From Marinobacterium mangrovicola (GTDB lineage: Bacteria; Pseudomonadota; Gammaproteobacteria; Pseudomonadales; Balneatricaceae), in assembly GCF_004339595.1 (NCBI RefSeq), contig NZ_SMFU01000007.1, forward strand, positions 578,658 to 618,657: a DNA stretch of 40,000 nucleotides, given 5' to 3'. Below are positions 9,729 to 18,829 of this stretch, piece by piece; within the stretch, counting starts at the first letter, position 1, and each line of letters opens with the position of its first letter. The translations under genes and the position numbers were made by a program. The notes beneath the pieces are model-generated. The model made no database searches and had not been told where the DNA came from. It saw only the letters and a program-made list of their open reading frames with translations.

Positions 9729-11645
9729 ATGCGGCGTTTCGCTTATCTGCTGGTGCCTGTCGTATTCGCCGTAATGACCTATGGGCATTTACGTGAAGTC
9801 AGAGATACGACGGTCAGGCAGTACCTTGCTCAGACCACAGAACTGAGCGAACTGGCATTAACCTATAGCCGTGGGCGTTTCGACACGGCGATGTCGGTAT
9901 TCCTTAATGAAGCCGCCAACAACGCCAATATCAAATATCTCCTGGATGCCGGTATTAACTCCCAGGGCGCCAAGCGGGATCTGTTGCGCGCCCAGCTGCA
10001 TGCGGACCTGACCCCCAGTTACGAGCGCCTGCAGGCGGAGGGGTTCACCGACCTGCAGTTTCATACTCCCGATGGTTACAGCTTCCTGCGTTTTCATGCG
10101 CCCGACCAGTACGGCGATTTTCTGCTGCCTTACCGCGCGTCTCTCAGGCAGCTCGCTGACGGCCAGCAGCCGATGGACGTGTTTGAGGTGGGGCGCCTGT
10201 TTATCGGTTTTCGTCATATCCAGCCGCTGGTGATAGAAGACCGGATGATCGGTTCGGTGGAGATGGCGGTCTCGTTTCAAAAGGTGCGCGAACAGCTCAC
10301 CGAGATCAACCCAAAGAGCTCCTACCAGTTTCTGCTCAGGTCCAATCCCGTTGAAACGGTGACGCTTAACCGGTATCGGGATAATCACCCGCTGCTTCAG
10401 TCCAATCTGTTACCTGGCTATCTGGTCATCGATCAGACCGCCAGCGATGCCAGCAACGGCGGCTCGGTGCCTCGCGCCAGACTGGAAGCGCTGTTTGCCG
10501 AGGCTGAAGGGCTGACAGCAGGAGTAGAGAGTGGCAAGGCGTTCAGTCTGTCAGCCGGTTTGGATGGTCAGGTTTACAGGGCCGCTTTTGTGCCGGTGCT
10601 GGATGTGGATCGGCAGGTGGCCGCTTACCTGGTGTCCTATGCCGAAGCGCCACTGCTTGAAGGGGTGGAAAATAACTACCGTCACGACCTGACCATAGGC
10701 CTGCTGGTGATCTCCGTAATCAGCATTCTGTTGACGGTGCTGGCGGTGCAACACAGTCGTTTGCGCCGCAACAACCGCAGCATGGATGCGATCAGCGCGG
10801 CGGTGGGTGAGGGGATCTTCGTGATCGGACGCAGGGGCGAGTCTATCTATGTCAATCGCAGCGCCTGCCAGCTCACCGGTTATCGCGCTGAAGAACTGCT
10901 CAGCAGCAATATCCATTCATTGATCCACCGTCATGACACCCAGGAAAAGGGTGCCAGCTGTCCGATACTGAAAACCCTGGAAACCGGTGTGCCCTATGAG
11001 GGCGATGAATGGTTTACACGCAGCGACGGTAGCTGCTTTCCCGTTGTCGTCACCAGCCGGCCGATGCTGGAAAATAGCCGTATTGCCGGGGTAGTGACCG
11101 TATTCCGTGATATCACCGAACGCAAAAAAATGGAAAAACGCCTCTCTCATCTGGCCACCGTGGATGAATTGACCGGCTTGCTGAACCGACGTGCGCTGCT
11201 GTCCGCGATCTCCGCCGAGATTGCACGTCAGCACCGTAGCGGGGTGCAGAGCGCGGTGATGATGATCGACTTCGATCACTTCAAACAGATCAACGATAGC
11301 TACGGGCATGATGCCGGTGACCGCGTGCTGCAGCATGTCTCGGATATCGCCCGCCAGAGTCTGCGTGAGACCGACCTGCTGGGCCGGATCGGCGGTGAAG
11401 AGTTTGCTGTGCTGCTGCCGGATACCGATCTGGAGGGTGCGCGCATCCTCGCCGAACGTCTGCGTGAACGCGTGGAAAGATCGGCAACCCGCTCAGAAGC
11501 TGGCGACGAAATTACCCTGACCCTGTCGGTGGGCGTCTGTGAACTCAAGCAGAACGAGCGCGATGCCAGTGACGTACTGCGTCGCGCCGATGGAGCGCTC
11601 TACAAAGCCAAACAGGGCGGGCGTAACCGGGTCGAATGTGCGTAA
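9729..11645 (+). CDS. Sensor diguanylate cyclase (periplasmic sensor - TM - PAS - GGDEF)
   Basis: N-terminal TM, a roughly 290-aa extracytoplasmic-type region, a second TM (IGLLVISVISILLTVLAV), a PAS-like segment, and a GGDEF domain. The GGDEF domain has RIGGEEF and an RETD (RxxD) I-site 5 residues upstream. Confidence 0.85.
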   Translation: MRRFAYLLVPVVFAVMTYGHLREVRDTTVRQYLAQTTELSELALTYSRGRFDTAMSVFLNEAANNANIKYLLDAGINSQGAKRDLLRAQLHADLTPSYERLQAEGFTDLQFHTPDGYSFLRFHAPDQYGDFLLPYRASLRQLADGQQPMDVFEVGRLFIGFRHIQPLVIEDRMIGSVEMAVSFQKVREQLTEINPKSSYQFLLRSNPVETVTLNRYRDNHPLLQSNLLPGYLVIDQTASDASNGGSVPRARLEALFAEAEGLTAGVESGKAFSLSAGLDGQVYRAAFVPVLDVDRQVAAYLVSYAEAPLLEGVENNYRHDLTIGLLVISVISILLTVLAVQHSRLRRNNRSMDAISAAVGEGIFVIGRRGESIYVNRSACQLTGYRAEELLSSNIHSLIHRHDTQEKGASCPILKTLETGVPYEGDEWFTRSDGSCFPVVVTSRPMLENSRIAGVVTVFRDITERKKMEKRLSHLATVDELTGLLNRRALLSAISAEIARQHRSGVQSAVMMIDFDHFKQINDSYGHDAGDRVLQHVSDIARQSLRETDLLGRIGGEEFAVLLPDTDLEGARILAERLRERVERSATRSEAGDEITLTLSVGVCELKQNERDASDVLRRADGALYKAKQGGRNRVECA

Positions 11646-11679
11646 ATAGAGTCCCCCGTGACTATCAGGAGACTCTGCC

Positions 11680-12840
11680 ATGCCTGTCAGAAAGCTAGCC
11701 ATAAAGCCCACCAAGCGTCCGGGAAGCCCGCATCAGCTGCTGTTGGTGGGTGCCGGTTACGCTCAGCTTTATGCGCTTGCTGCCCTGATCGAGAGTGATA
11801 AAGAGTGTCCGGATGCGGCCTGGGTGTCGCCCTCGCGCTGGCTCTATCCGCCGGGGCTGATCGCCGGAGTAATTTCTGGGCAATACAGCAAGGAGCAGTG
11901 CCGCATCGACCTGCGCACGTTGGCGCAGCGCGCCGGCATCCGTTTTATCGAACAGACGCCGGTGCTGCTGGACGCTGAAAAGCAGTCTCTGGTACTCGAT
12001 GACGATACTGAAGTCGGTTACGAGTGCCTCTCCCTGGATCTCGGCGAAGATCTAACCGATATCGATCTGGACGATGGTGACAACCTGTTGCGCTATGAGA
12101 CCGGCGAACAGTTTCTGCGCGGCTGGAAAAACCTGAGCGAATCGCTCGCTCAAAAGCAAGACGCGGAATTGGCACTGATCGGTGCCGGCCCAAGAGCGGT
12201 TGAGCTGGCGCTGGCGATCCGCGAGGCTCAAAACCGTTCTGCTTTGAATATCAGCCTGTACACGGGCCAGTCCCCCCTGCTGGAGCAAGTCCCATCCGGT
12301 ATCCGCAAGCGTGCAGTGCGTGAACTGGAAAAGGCCGGCGTCAAACTGCAGCAGGGTTCTGTGCAGCGGGAAAACAATCAGCTGCGCGTGGGTGGTGGTC
12401 AAACACTCAGTCCTGACGGGCTGATTATCGTAGATAACCAGGCGTTACCGCCCTGGCTGGAAAGTTCGGGCCTTGCGTTGAATGCGTCGGGTGTCATCAA
12501 CGTGGATGCCAGCCAGCGCAGCCGCTCTCACCCTAACGTGATAGCGCTGGGGGCGATCTCATCCCGACCAGGTACTTCATCCATGCATCCTGACAAGGCC
12601 CTGGCCGCCAACGGAAAAATCCTGGCGAATAATCTGCTGGCGGCTATCGCCGGAAGGGGGCTGAAGTCGATGCGTGAGTGCTCCGCCAAGGCGGTGCCGA
12701 TCGCCAGCAGCGGTGGCAGGGCGGTCGGTCGTTTTGGTCCGTTCACTACGTGCAGCCAAGGTAATCGGCGTAAACAAGAGCTGATCGAACGTCGGTTTAT
12801 CGAAGGTTTGATACAGGTTTCACAGCCGCTGACCGACTAG
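11680..12840 (+). CDS. FAD/NAD(P)-dependent pyridine nucleotide-disulfide oxidoreductase family protein
   Basis: Two Rossmann-type glycine motifs: LLLVGAGYAQL near the N-terminus and LALIGAGPRAVELA mid-protein. Confidence 0.6.
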   Translation: MPVRKLAIKPTKRPGSPHQLLLVGAGYAQLYALAALIESDKECPDAAWVSPSRWLYPPGLIAGVISGQYSKEQCRIDLRTLAQRAGIRFIEQTPVLLDAEKQSLVLDDDTEVGYECLSLDLGEDLTDIDLDDGDNLLRYETGEQFLRGWKNLSESLAQKQDAELALIGAGPRAVELALAIREAQNRSALNISLYTGQSPLLEQVPSGIRKRAVRELEKAGVKLQQGSVQRENNQLRVGGGQTLSPDGLIIVDNQALPPWLESSGLALNASGVINVDASQRSRSHPNVIALGAISSRPGTSSMHPDKALAANGKILANNLLAAIAGRGLKSMRECSAKAVPIASSGGRAVGRFGPFTTCSQGNRRKQELIERRFIEGLIQVSQPLTD

Positions 12841-13011
12841 GTTTACCGATTCCAGCAGCGATGTAACATCAATCCCTGCCTGAATCGGCTAAGCTAAAGG
12901 GCCGGTAACGGAAAAAAATGGTTAAAAACGCCATTTTTACCGCCCGGGGAATAGCCCCCGCAGGGTCGCTTAACTACAATGCACGCTTTTTAAAATTCAG
13001 CCCGGATCGAG

Positions 13012-14109
13012 ATGCTTAAGACACCTTACTACCTGATCGACAAGGCCAGCCTCAAAGCCAACATGGAGAAGATCGCCTACGTGCGAGAGCGCTCCGGAGC
13101 CAAGGCCCTGCTGGCGCTCAAATGCTTTGCGACCTGGTCAGTGTTCGACCTGATGCAGGAGTACATGGACGGCACCACTTCGTCTTCCCTGTTCGAGGTA
13201 AAGCTGGGCCGCGAGAAGTTCGCCGGCGAGACCCACGCCTACAGCGTGGCGTACTCCGATGAAGAGATTGAAGAGGTGGTCGCCAACTGCGACAAGATCA
13301 TCTTCAACTCCATCGGTCAGCTGGAGCGCTTCAGCGAGCAATCAGAAAACGTGATCCGTGGTCTGCGCGTTAACCCGAAGGTGAGCACCTCCGACTTTAT
13401 CATCGCTGATCCGGCGCGTCCGTTCAGCCGCCTGGGCGAATGGGACCCGGAGAAGATCGAAGCAGTGATCGATAAGGTCTCCGGCTTTATGTTCCACAAC
13501 AACTGTGAGAACGACAGCTTTGAGCGTTTTGACGAGATGCTCTGCCAGATCGAAGAGCGCTTCGGTCATCTGATCCACAAAGTGGACTGGGTCAGCCTCG
13601 GTGGTGGCATCCACTTTACCGGCGAAGGCTACCCGGTTGATCAGTTCTGCGACCGTCTGCGTAGCTTCTCTGAAACCTACGGCGTGCAGGTTTACCTGGA
13701 ACCGGGCGAGGCGGCTATCACCAAGACCACCTCCCTGGAAGTCACTGTGCTGGACACCCTGTTCAACGGCAAGAACCTGGCGGTGGTCGATGCATCGATC
13801 GAAGCGCATATGCTGGATCTGCTGATCTACCGCGAAACCGCCAAGATGGAACCGAACGAAGGTCAGCATACCTATGAGGTTTGCGGCAAGTCCTGCCTGG
13901 CAGGCGATATTTTCGGCGAATTTAACTTCCCGAATGAACTCAAGATCGGGGACAGGCTCTCTTTTAAAGATGCCGCCGGTTACACGATGGTAAAGAAAAA
14001 CTGGTTTAACGGAGTCAAGATGCCGGCCATCGCCGTGCGTGAGCTCGATGGCAGCGAACGCCTGGTGCGGGATTTTGACTATCAGGATTTTGTAAAAAAC
14101 CTCTCTTGA
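13012..14109 (+). CDS. nspC: Carboxynorspermidine/carboxyspermidine decarboxylase
   Basis: 365 aa. The N-terminus (MLKTPYYLIDK...) and overall sequence resemble NspC-type PLP decarboxylases. Its usual partner dehydrogenase follows immediately. Confidence 0.85.
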   Translation: MLKTPYYLIDKASLKANMEKIAYVRERSGAKALLALKCFATWSVFDLMQEYMDGTTSSSLFEVKLGREKFAGETHAYSVAYSDEEIEEVVANCDKIIFNSIGQLERFSEQSENVIRGLRVNPKVSTSDFIIADPARPFSRLGEWDPEKIEAVIDKVSGFMFHNNCENDSFERFDEMLCQIEERFGHLIHKVDWVSLGGGIHFTGEGYPVDQFCDRLRSFSETYGVQVYLEPGEAAITKTTSLEVTVLDTLFNGKNLAVVDASIEAHMLDLLIYRETAKMEPNEGQHTYEVCGKSCLAGDIFGEFNFPNELKIGDRLSFKDAAGYTMVKKNWFNGVKMPAIAVRELDGSERLVRDFDYQDFVKNLS

Positions 14110-14145
14110 GGATTCACCCAGCGATAAAAGAAGTTGAGGAACGCG

Positions 14146-15381
14146 ATGAGCAAAAACGTGTTGATTATCGGGGCAGGGGGCGTCGCACAGGTTGTGGCGC
14201 ACAAGTGTGCCCAGAACAACGACGTACTGGGTAATATCGCAATCGCATCGCGCACACTTTCCAAGTGCGAAGAGATTGTGGCCAGTGTCAAAGAAAAGGG
14301 CGCCATGAAAGTGGATGGTCAGCTGACCGCTCACGAACTGAATGCCCTGGATGTGAACGCCACGGTCGAGTTGATCCGCGAAACCGGTTCCGAGATTGTT
14401 ATCAACGTGGGAACCGCGTTCCTTAACATGTCCGTGATGAGCGCCTGTCTCGAAGCGGAAGTGACCTACCTGGATACCGCGATCCACGAAGAGCCGGACA
14501 AGATCTGCGAGCAGCCGCCCTGGTACGCCAACTACGAGTGGAAGCGTCGCGACGAATTCAAGGCCAAGGGCCTGACCGCCATTCTCGGCGTCGGTTTCGA
14601 CCCGGGTGTGGTGAACGCCTATGCGCGCCTCGGCTGCGATATGCTGGATACCGTTGAGTCCGTCGATATCGTCGATGTGAACGCCGGTAGCCATGGCAAG
14701 TACTTCGCCACCAACTTCGACCCGGAGATCAACTTCCGCGAGTTCACCGGCACTGTGTACTCCTGGCAGAACAACGCCTGGCAGTCCAACAAGATGTTCG
14801 AAGTGAGCCGTACCGATGACCTGCCGGTGGTGGGTTCGCAGACCACCTACATGAGCGGTCACGATGAAGTGCACTCCCTGTCCCAGAACCTGGGTGTGGC
14901 CAACGTGCGCTTCTGGATGGGCTTCGGCGAGCACTACATCAACGTCTTCACCGTTCTGCAGAGTCTGGGCCTGCTCTCCGAGCAGCCGGTCATGACCGCA
15001 GAAGGTCAGGAAGTGGTACCGCTGAAAGTGGTCAAGGCCGTACTGCCGGATCCGTCTTCACTGGCGCCGAACTACACCGGCAAAACCTGCATCGGTGACT
15101 TCGTGAAAGGCACCAAAGACGGCAAGGAGAAAGAGGTCTTCATCTACAACGTTGCAGACCATAAGGAAGCCTACAATGAAGTGGGTAGCCAGGGTATCTC
15201 CTACACCGCAGGCGTACCGCCGGTCGCAGCCGCCATGCTCGTCGCCACCGGCGAGTGGGATGCCAAGACCATGGTCAACGTTGAAGAACTGGACCCGCGT
15301 CCGTTCATCAACATCCTGAACAAAATCGGCCTGCCGACCCGCATCAAGGACGAAGAGGGCGACCGTCCGGTCTCTTTTTAA
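14146..15381 (+). CDS. Carboxynorspermidine synthase/dehydrogenase (saccharopine dehydrogenase family)
   Basis: The N-terminal Rossmann motif is VLIIGAGGVAQVVAHK. At about 411 aa it is the expected size for CANSDH, and it is paired with nspC. The ATG at 14146 follows GAGGA. Confidence 0.85.
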   Translation: MSKNVLIIGAGGVAQVVAHKCAQNNDVLGNIAIASRTLSKCEEIVASVKEKGAMKVDGQLTAHELNALDVNATVELIRETGSEIVINVGTAFLNMSVMSACLEAEVTYLDTAIHEEPDKICEQPPWYANYEWKRRDEFKAKGLTAILGVGFDPGVVNAYARLGCDMLDTVESVDIVDVNAGSHGKYFATNFDPEINFREFTGTVYSWQNNAWQSNKMFEVSRTDDLPVVGSQTTYMSGHDEVHSLSQNLGVANVRFWMGFGEHYINVFTVLQSLGLLSEQPVMTAEGQEVVPLKVVKAVLPDPSSLAPNYTGKTCIGDFVKGTKDGKEKEVFIYNVADHKEAYNEVGSQGISYTAGVPPVAAAMLVATGEWDAKTMVNVEELDPRPFINILNKIGLPTRIKDEEGDRPVSF

Positions 15382-15411
15382 GCCCTTTCTAGTCAGTCTT
15401 AGCTGATGCTG

Positions 15412-15443
15412 AACGCCGCGCCACGATAGTGGGGCGGCGTTTT
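15412..15443 (+). terminator. Rho-independent terminator after the polyamine genes
   Basis: AACGCCGCGCCAC-GATA-GTGGGGCGGCGTT forms a 13-bp stem with one mismatch. It runs into TTTT. Confidence 0.7.
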
Positions 15444-15460
15444 ACTATCTCCACCCGTAT

Positions 15461-16429
15461 TCACTTCAGTCCACTCAGTGGACTCCGCACACCCTGAGCG
15501 CCTTGCTTTAATACATGGGTGTATATTTCTGTAGTCTTTACATCCGCATGCCCTAGCTGCTGTTGGACCGTTCGGATATCTACTCCCGACTGCAGCAGGT
15601 GAGTCGCAAACGAATGTCTTAGGGTATGACAGGAGACATTCTTCCTGATGCCGGATTCTCTGGCCGCTTTCTTCACAATTTTATTAAGGTTATGCTCGTC
15701 AAAGTGATGTCGCCGTAAACAGCCGCTTTCAGGATCGATACTCAAGCGAGAGGCAGGGAAGAGATAGTGCCAACCAAGCTCAAAAGGTGCGCTTGGATAT
15801 TTCCGGGCCAGTGCATCTGGCAACCATACGCCGGAATACCCATCGACAGCTTTATCAATCCCCAGGAAGGCTTCAACTTTCTTTACCTGGCTATTGAGAG
15901 GTTCAAGGAGTTCATCAGCCAAGGTTACAAGTCGGCGCTTGCCGCCTTTGCCGTAGTTCACTCGAATCTGCCGATAGTCAAAATCGATATCTTTCACTCT
16001 AAGGCGAATAAGTTCGATACGCCGCAACCCAGAGCCGTACAGCAAAGCGGCCATAAGGTAGTGGTGTCCGCTAAGCGTCGAGAGCAAGCCACTCACTTCG
16101 CTATGTGTCAAAACGACTGGCAGTTTAGGTTGCCGCTGAGACCTGCTGAAGCCAGAGATGTCGCCTACCGCTTGTTTCAGAAATTTGGTTTTCAGGAATA
16201 CGATCGCATTCAACGCCAATGCTTGGGTGCCCGCCGAGACGTTTCGCTCCGTCGCGAGAAAGGTAAGAAAACCCTCAATCTCAGTATCACCAAGCTCGGA
16301 CGGATGCCGTTTGTTACAGAACAGAATGAAAAACTTGATCCAGTACAGGTAGGAGTCAATGGTCCGCCGGCTGTAACGGTGTACACGCATAAAATTTTCG
16401 ACGGATTGAAGAAAAGGAGATCTTGCCAT
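15461..16429 (-). CDS. intI: Integron integrase IntI (tyrosine recombinase)
   Basis: Collinear with IntI1/VchIntIA as I recall them: RTIDSYLYWIKFF, RRIELIRLRVKDID, the IntI-specific insertion GVWLPDALARKYPSAPFELGWHYLFPA...RRHH, HTLRHSFATHLL, LGHADVKTTEIYTHVLKQGAQGVRSPLSGL. The R-H-R-Y catalytic residues are present. The start is uncertain (ATG at 16429 or 16447); the track ORF extends to 16555. Confidence 0.9.
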   Translation of the reverse strand: MARSPFLQSVENFMRVHRYSRRTIDSYLYWIKFFILFCNKRHPSELGDTEIEGFLTFLATERNVSAGTQALALNAIVFLKTKFLKQAVGDISGFSRSQRQPKLPVVLTHSEVSGLLSTLSGHHYLMAALLYGSGLRRIELIRLRVKDIDFDYRQIRVNYGKGGKRRLVTLADELLEPLNSQVKKVEAFLGIDKAVDGYSGVWLPDALARKYPSAPFELGWHYLFPASRLSIDPESGCLRRHHFDEHNLNKIVKKAARESGIRKNVSCHTLRHSFATHLLQSGVDIRTVQQQLGHADVKTTEIYTHVLKQGAQGVRSPLSGLK

Positions 16430-16555
16430 GTGTAACACCTCATCCATGAAATGTTTGAAAACGTTATACCCCCTGGAGCAGGCATCCGTCGAGCATGATG
16501 CCCCTTTAATAAGGAAGCATTCTTCAGAATGAGGGAAAAATCCTTTTTTGATCAA

Positions 16556-16653
16556 CGGGTTGCTTTGGGAAGGTTCAACTTCTTTGAGACTTATAAGGCA
16601 TACCCTCTAATAATTATTATGGGGCCAACGGCCCCATTAACAGGCTGTTACAC
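16556..16653 (+). other. Putative attI region with GTTACAC core (16647-16653)
   Basis: The first GTTRRRY motif between the intI 5' end and the first cassette ORF. It is followed by AAGGAGA (16658-16664) and the first cassette start. A GGGGCC-AAC-GGCCCC hairpin lies at 16621-16635. Confidence 0.5.
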
Positions 16654-16668
16654 GCACAAGGAGACATC

Positions 16669-16905
16669 GTGATTAAAACAGACCATATATCAATTCAATG
16701 CCCTCAGTGTGGACATACTGAATTCGAGCAGCCAGAAAATGTGAAGGATGACGATTTTGTAAAATGCAATAGTTGCCACTTTGAAATCATGTTAGCTGAT
16801 TTGAAAGAGGTAGGGATTGAGCAAGCTAGAGAGGTTGTTATTCCCGAAGCAAAAGCAGAAATTGAGAAAATGCTAAAGAAAGCATTCAAAGGCCGCCTCA
16901 AGTGA
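16669..16905 (+). CDS. Cassette 1, gene a: small zinc-ribbon protein
   Basis: 78 aa with a GTG start after a strong SD. It has CPQCG...CNSCH (four Cys, zinc-ribbon spacing) and then a Lys/Glu-rich helix. Confidence 0.65.
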   Translation: MIKTDHISIQCPQCGHTEFEQPENVKDDDFVKCNSCHFEIMLADLKEVGIEQAREVVIPEAKAEIEKMLKKAFKGRLK

Positions 16906-17375
16906 GTAAGTTTGAGATTCTGAGCCTAATTATTTCTACTTTAGCTGCTGTGATTTCATGTGTTTCGTTGGTGCGTACAAGAAAGCTAGCTAAAGAACAG
17001 CTCGAGCTTGAAAGAGTAACCGCTGAGTTATCTAGACTTCAAATTGAAAGCATCGCTGAAGAAAAGTCTGATAAAACCAAGCCAAAGTTTAATGTAAATC
17101 TCACGAAGTTTGGTAAGTCCTACAATTTTTATATATCAAATACTGGCCAAGGCAGCGCTTACAATGTTGATTTTGAGCTAATTGATTGTAATGACAGTCC
17201 GCTATCAACTCATGAGTTACAGGATATGTTTCCTCATCAAGAGATGAAACCAAACTCAAGAATAAAACTTATGGCCGCAATTCATATGGGTAGTCCCAGG
17301 AAATATCAGGTTAAGTTAACTTGGGAGAATGCAGACGGGGAAAAATATGATGAGACATTTTGGCCTACGCTGTAG
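16902..17375 (+). CDS. Cassette 1, gene b: membrane-anchored coiled-coil protein with a beta-rich C-terminal domain
   Basis: 157 aa. The GTGA start/stop overlap with gene a indicates translational coupling. It has an N-terminal TM (ILSLIISTLAAVISCVSLV), a heptad-like segment (KEQLELERVTAELSRLQIESI), then a C-terminal domain I do not recognise. Confidence 0.65.
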   Translation: MSKFEILSLIISTLAAVISCVSLVRTRKLAKEQLELERVTAELSRLQIESIAEEKSDKTKPKFNVNLTKFGKSYNFYISNTGQGSAYNVDFELIDCNDSPLSTHELQDMFPHQEMKPNSRIKLMAAIHMGSPRKYQVKLTWENADGEKYDETFWPTL

Positions 17376-17378
17376 CAC

Positions 17379-17450
17379 GTGTAACAAGGCGCTGTTGTCG
17401 GACTGTTTTTCCGCTGCGCTCCAAAACAGCCGCAAAGCGTGGCGTTAGCA
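17379..17450 (+). repeat. attC 1
   Basis: GTGTAAC...GTTAGCA. The arms are partly complementary (GACTGTTTTT / AAAACAGCC). Confidence 0.75.
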
Positions 17451-17457
17451 CAAAAGA

Positions 17458-17980
17458 ATGAATCAGATCGAAGCAACTAAGATTGTGGTTGAGAAAGTCA
17501 TGGCTCATAAGCCAGGATTCTCTCTAATGCTTGATTCCACGGAGGAATTTGGAAAGTGTTTTGCTTTCTACTGCCAGAATGACTCTTATGTCGACATCCG
17601 GAGATGTTTCTGATATGAGCGTAGGTCAAGGTCCTATAATTGTGTGTAAAACCACAGGTGAATGTTTTGAAACTGGTTCCACATTTTCAACTCATGAATA
17701 CGTCCATGCGTTTGAGGCATGTGGTGATCCGTATGGGAGGCCCACCGCCAGAGTTCGCATTATGGGCTGGATCGAGGGAGCGAATGCGGTCAAAGCAGTT
17801 CAATGCGTAAAAGCAGCATCTAATCTAAATCTTGCACAGGCAAAATCACATATAGATACTGTATTGAGTGGTGGGAATACAGTTGTTTGTCTAGATTCCA
17901 TAGATGAAGTTGCAGGGGTAATTCAAACTTTAAGTAAGAATGGATTTGAATCAAGACAACTTTGGAGCAACCAGTGCTAA
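17458..17980 (+). pseudogene. Cassette 2: YrhB/Imm35-like protein with an L7/L12-C-like tail, interrupted by a frameshift
   Basis: The ATG at 17458 opens MNQIEATKIVVEKV...FGKCFAFYCQNDSYV and then hits TGA at 17611. The homology continues in the next frame (track ORF 17531-17980) as SGDVSDMSVGQGPIIVCKTTGECFETGS..EYV. The pieces are collinear with E. coli YrhB as I recall it. The frame switch is at about 17588-17597. Confidence 0.6.
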
Positions 17981-18089
17981 CAAAGGGGTGCATGGGAAGC
18001 CATTATGTTGCGCAATTTTTTGCATTTGCTTCGCAAATTATCGCAAAAAATGGCTCCACTCCATGTCTCCCATGACCCAGGCGTTAAAT
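17975..18089 (+). repeat. attC 2
   Basis: TGCTAAC...GTTAAAT. Complementary arms are GGGGTGCATGGGA / TCCCATGACCC. The gene's stop codon lies inside the R'' core. Confidence 0.75.
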
Positions 18090-18108
18090 TTCAAGGAAGC
18101 ATCGAGCA

Positions 18109-18342
18109 TTGAAAAGAAAAGACTCAGATGAGGAGCAAGAAAAAGGGCGGTTAGCCTTTTGGCGCGATCCTACGGATATTGAGTTTCTTGCAAGCGAATG
18201 GAGAAAAATTCCAGAAGATGTCCCCGAACAGGTAAAAGAAACATGGGCGCGCATTGCTTTTCGAGCATCATCAGCTTTGCATAAGGCAGGAATAAAGATA
18301 GAACCCAAGTTCCCCGAAGATCATGAGAAATACAAAATTTAA
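18109..18342 (+). CDS. Cassette 3: hypothetical acidic 77-aa protein
   Basis: The only sizeable + strand ORF in this cassette. It needs a TTG start (there is no in-frame ATG). The stop codon lies in the attC R'' core. Confidence 0.4.
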   Translation: MKRKDSDEEQEKGRLAFWRDPTDIEFLASEWRKIPEDVPEQVKETWARIAFRASSALHKAGIKIEPKFPEDHEKYKI

Positions 18343-18417
18343 CAAAGCCAAGCACGATCGCACCAGCAAGCTGGTGCTGGACCTCGCTACGCTCGGCCCG
18401 TGTTGGCGGCGTTACAT
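18337..18417 (+). repeat. attC 3
   Basis: ATTTAAC...GTTACAT. The ends are nearly identical to attC 6 (AACAAAGCCAAGCAC ... CTGGACCTCGCTACGCTCGGCCYGTGTTGGCGGCGTTA). Confidence 0.8.
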
Positions 18418-18432
18418 GCCTTAGGAGATATT

Positions 18433-18765
18433 GTGCCAAGCCAAAAGGAAGTATGTAAAAAAATCGACGCAATACCGTTTCCCTCCAAAGAGAGTGAAAA
18501 ACTAGGTATAGCTGTCGAAACTATTGGCAAATTGCCAATTAATGGCTTGCGGCTCAATCCCGAGGACGGAACATGTGGCTGGTATATTTGGTGCGGCGAA
18601 GAAATGTCCGAAGACGCAGATTTTTTCAAGCCATTGCATGTCAGCCATATCTCGGAGTACCTACCTGAAGTAGAGCAATATTTATCATTGCCACCAGGTT
18701 ATAGATTTTTAGTAGCTGGCGAGTACGAGGATGTGTGGCATGATCCACAGCTCACCAGCATGTAA
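18433..18765 (+). CDS. Cassette 4: hypothetical protein, possibly Imm33/DUF2185-like
   Basis: GTG start 4 nt after AGGAGA. The motif DGTCGWYIWCGEEMSEDADFFKPLHVSHI...LPPGYRFLVA resembles the GW..W.GEE proteins I associate with Imm33/DUF2185. The family call comes from memory only. Confidence 0.55.
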   Translation: MPSQKEVCKKIDAIPFPSKESEKLGIAVETIGKLPINGLRLNPEDGTCGWYIWCGEEMSEDADFFKPLHVSHISEYLPEVEQYLSLPPGYRFLVAGEYEDVWHDPQLTSM

Positions 18766-18819
18766 CAAGTTTAGGCAATCGGACGCAGCACAGCTGCGCC
18801 GTTGCTAAAGGCGTTAAGT
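18760..18819 (+). repeat. attC 4
   Basis: ATGTAAC...GTTAAGT. Complementary arms are GTTTAGGCAATCGGACGCAGC / GCTGCGCCGTTGCTAAAGGC. Confidence 0.8.
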
Positions 18820-18829
18820 GAATGTTCGG

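Noticed and set aside
13342-14934. 530-aa ORF on the minus strand
   Set aside because: It lies entirely antisense to the well-supported nspC and CANSDH genes. Its translation is low-complexity and His/Gly/Val/Arg-rich, as is typical of shadow ORFs in GC-rich coding DNA.
16584-16613. Possible cassette promoter TTGAGA-N18-TAATAA in the attI region
   Set aside because: The -35 is good, but the -10 is poor and the spacing is suboptimal. No TSS evidence is available, so it is not reported as a feature.
16430-16660. Search for a LexA box (CTG-N10-CAG) in the intI promoter / attI region
   Set aside because: No canonical box was seen. The closest is CTGTTACACGCACAAG, which lacks the CAG half-site. 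SOS control of this intI cannot be claimed from the sequence.
18084-18629. Minus-strand ORFs inside cassettes (18084-18308, 18170-18472, 18387-18629)
   Set aside because: They run antisense across attC sites and cassette boundaries and lack SD sequences. They conflict with better-supported + strand cassette ORFs.
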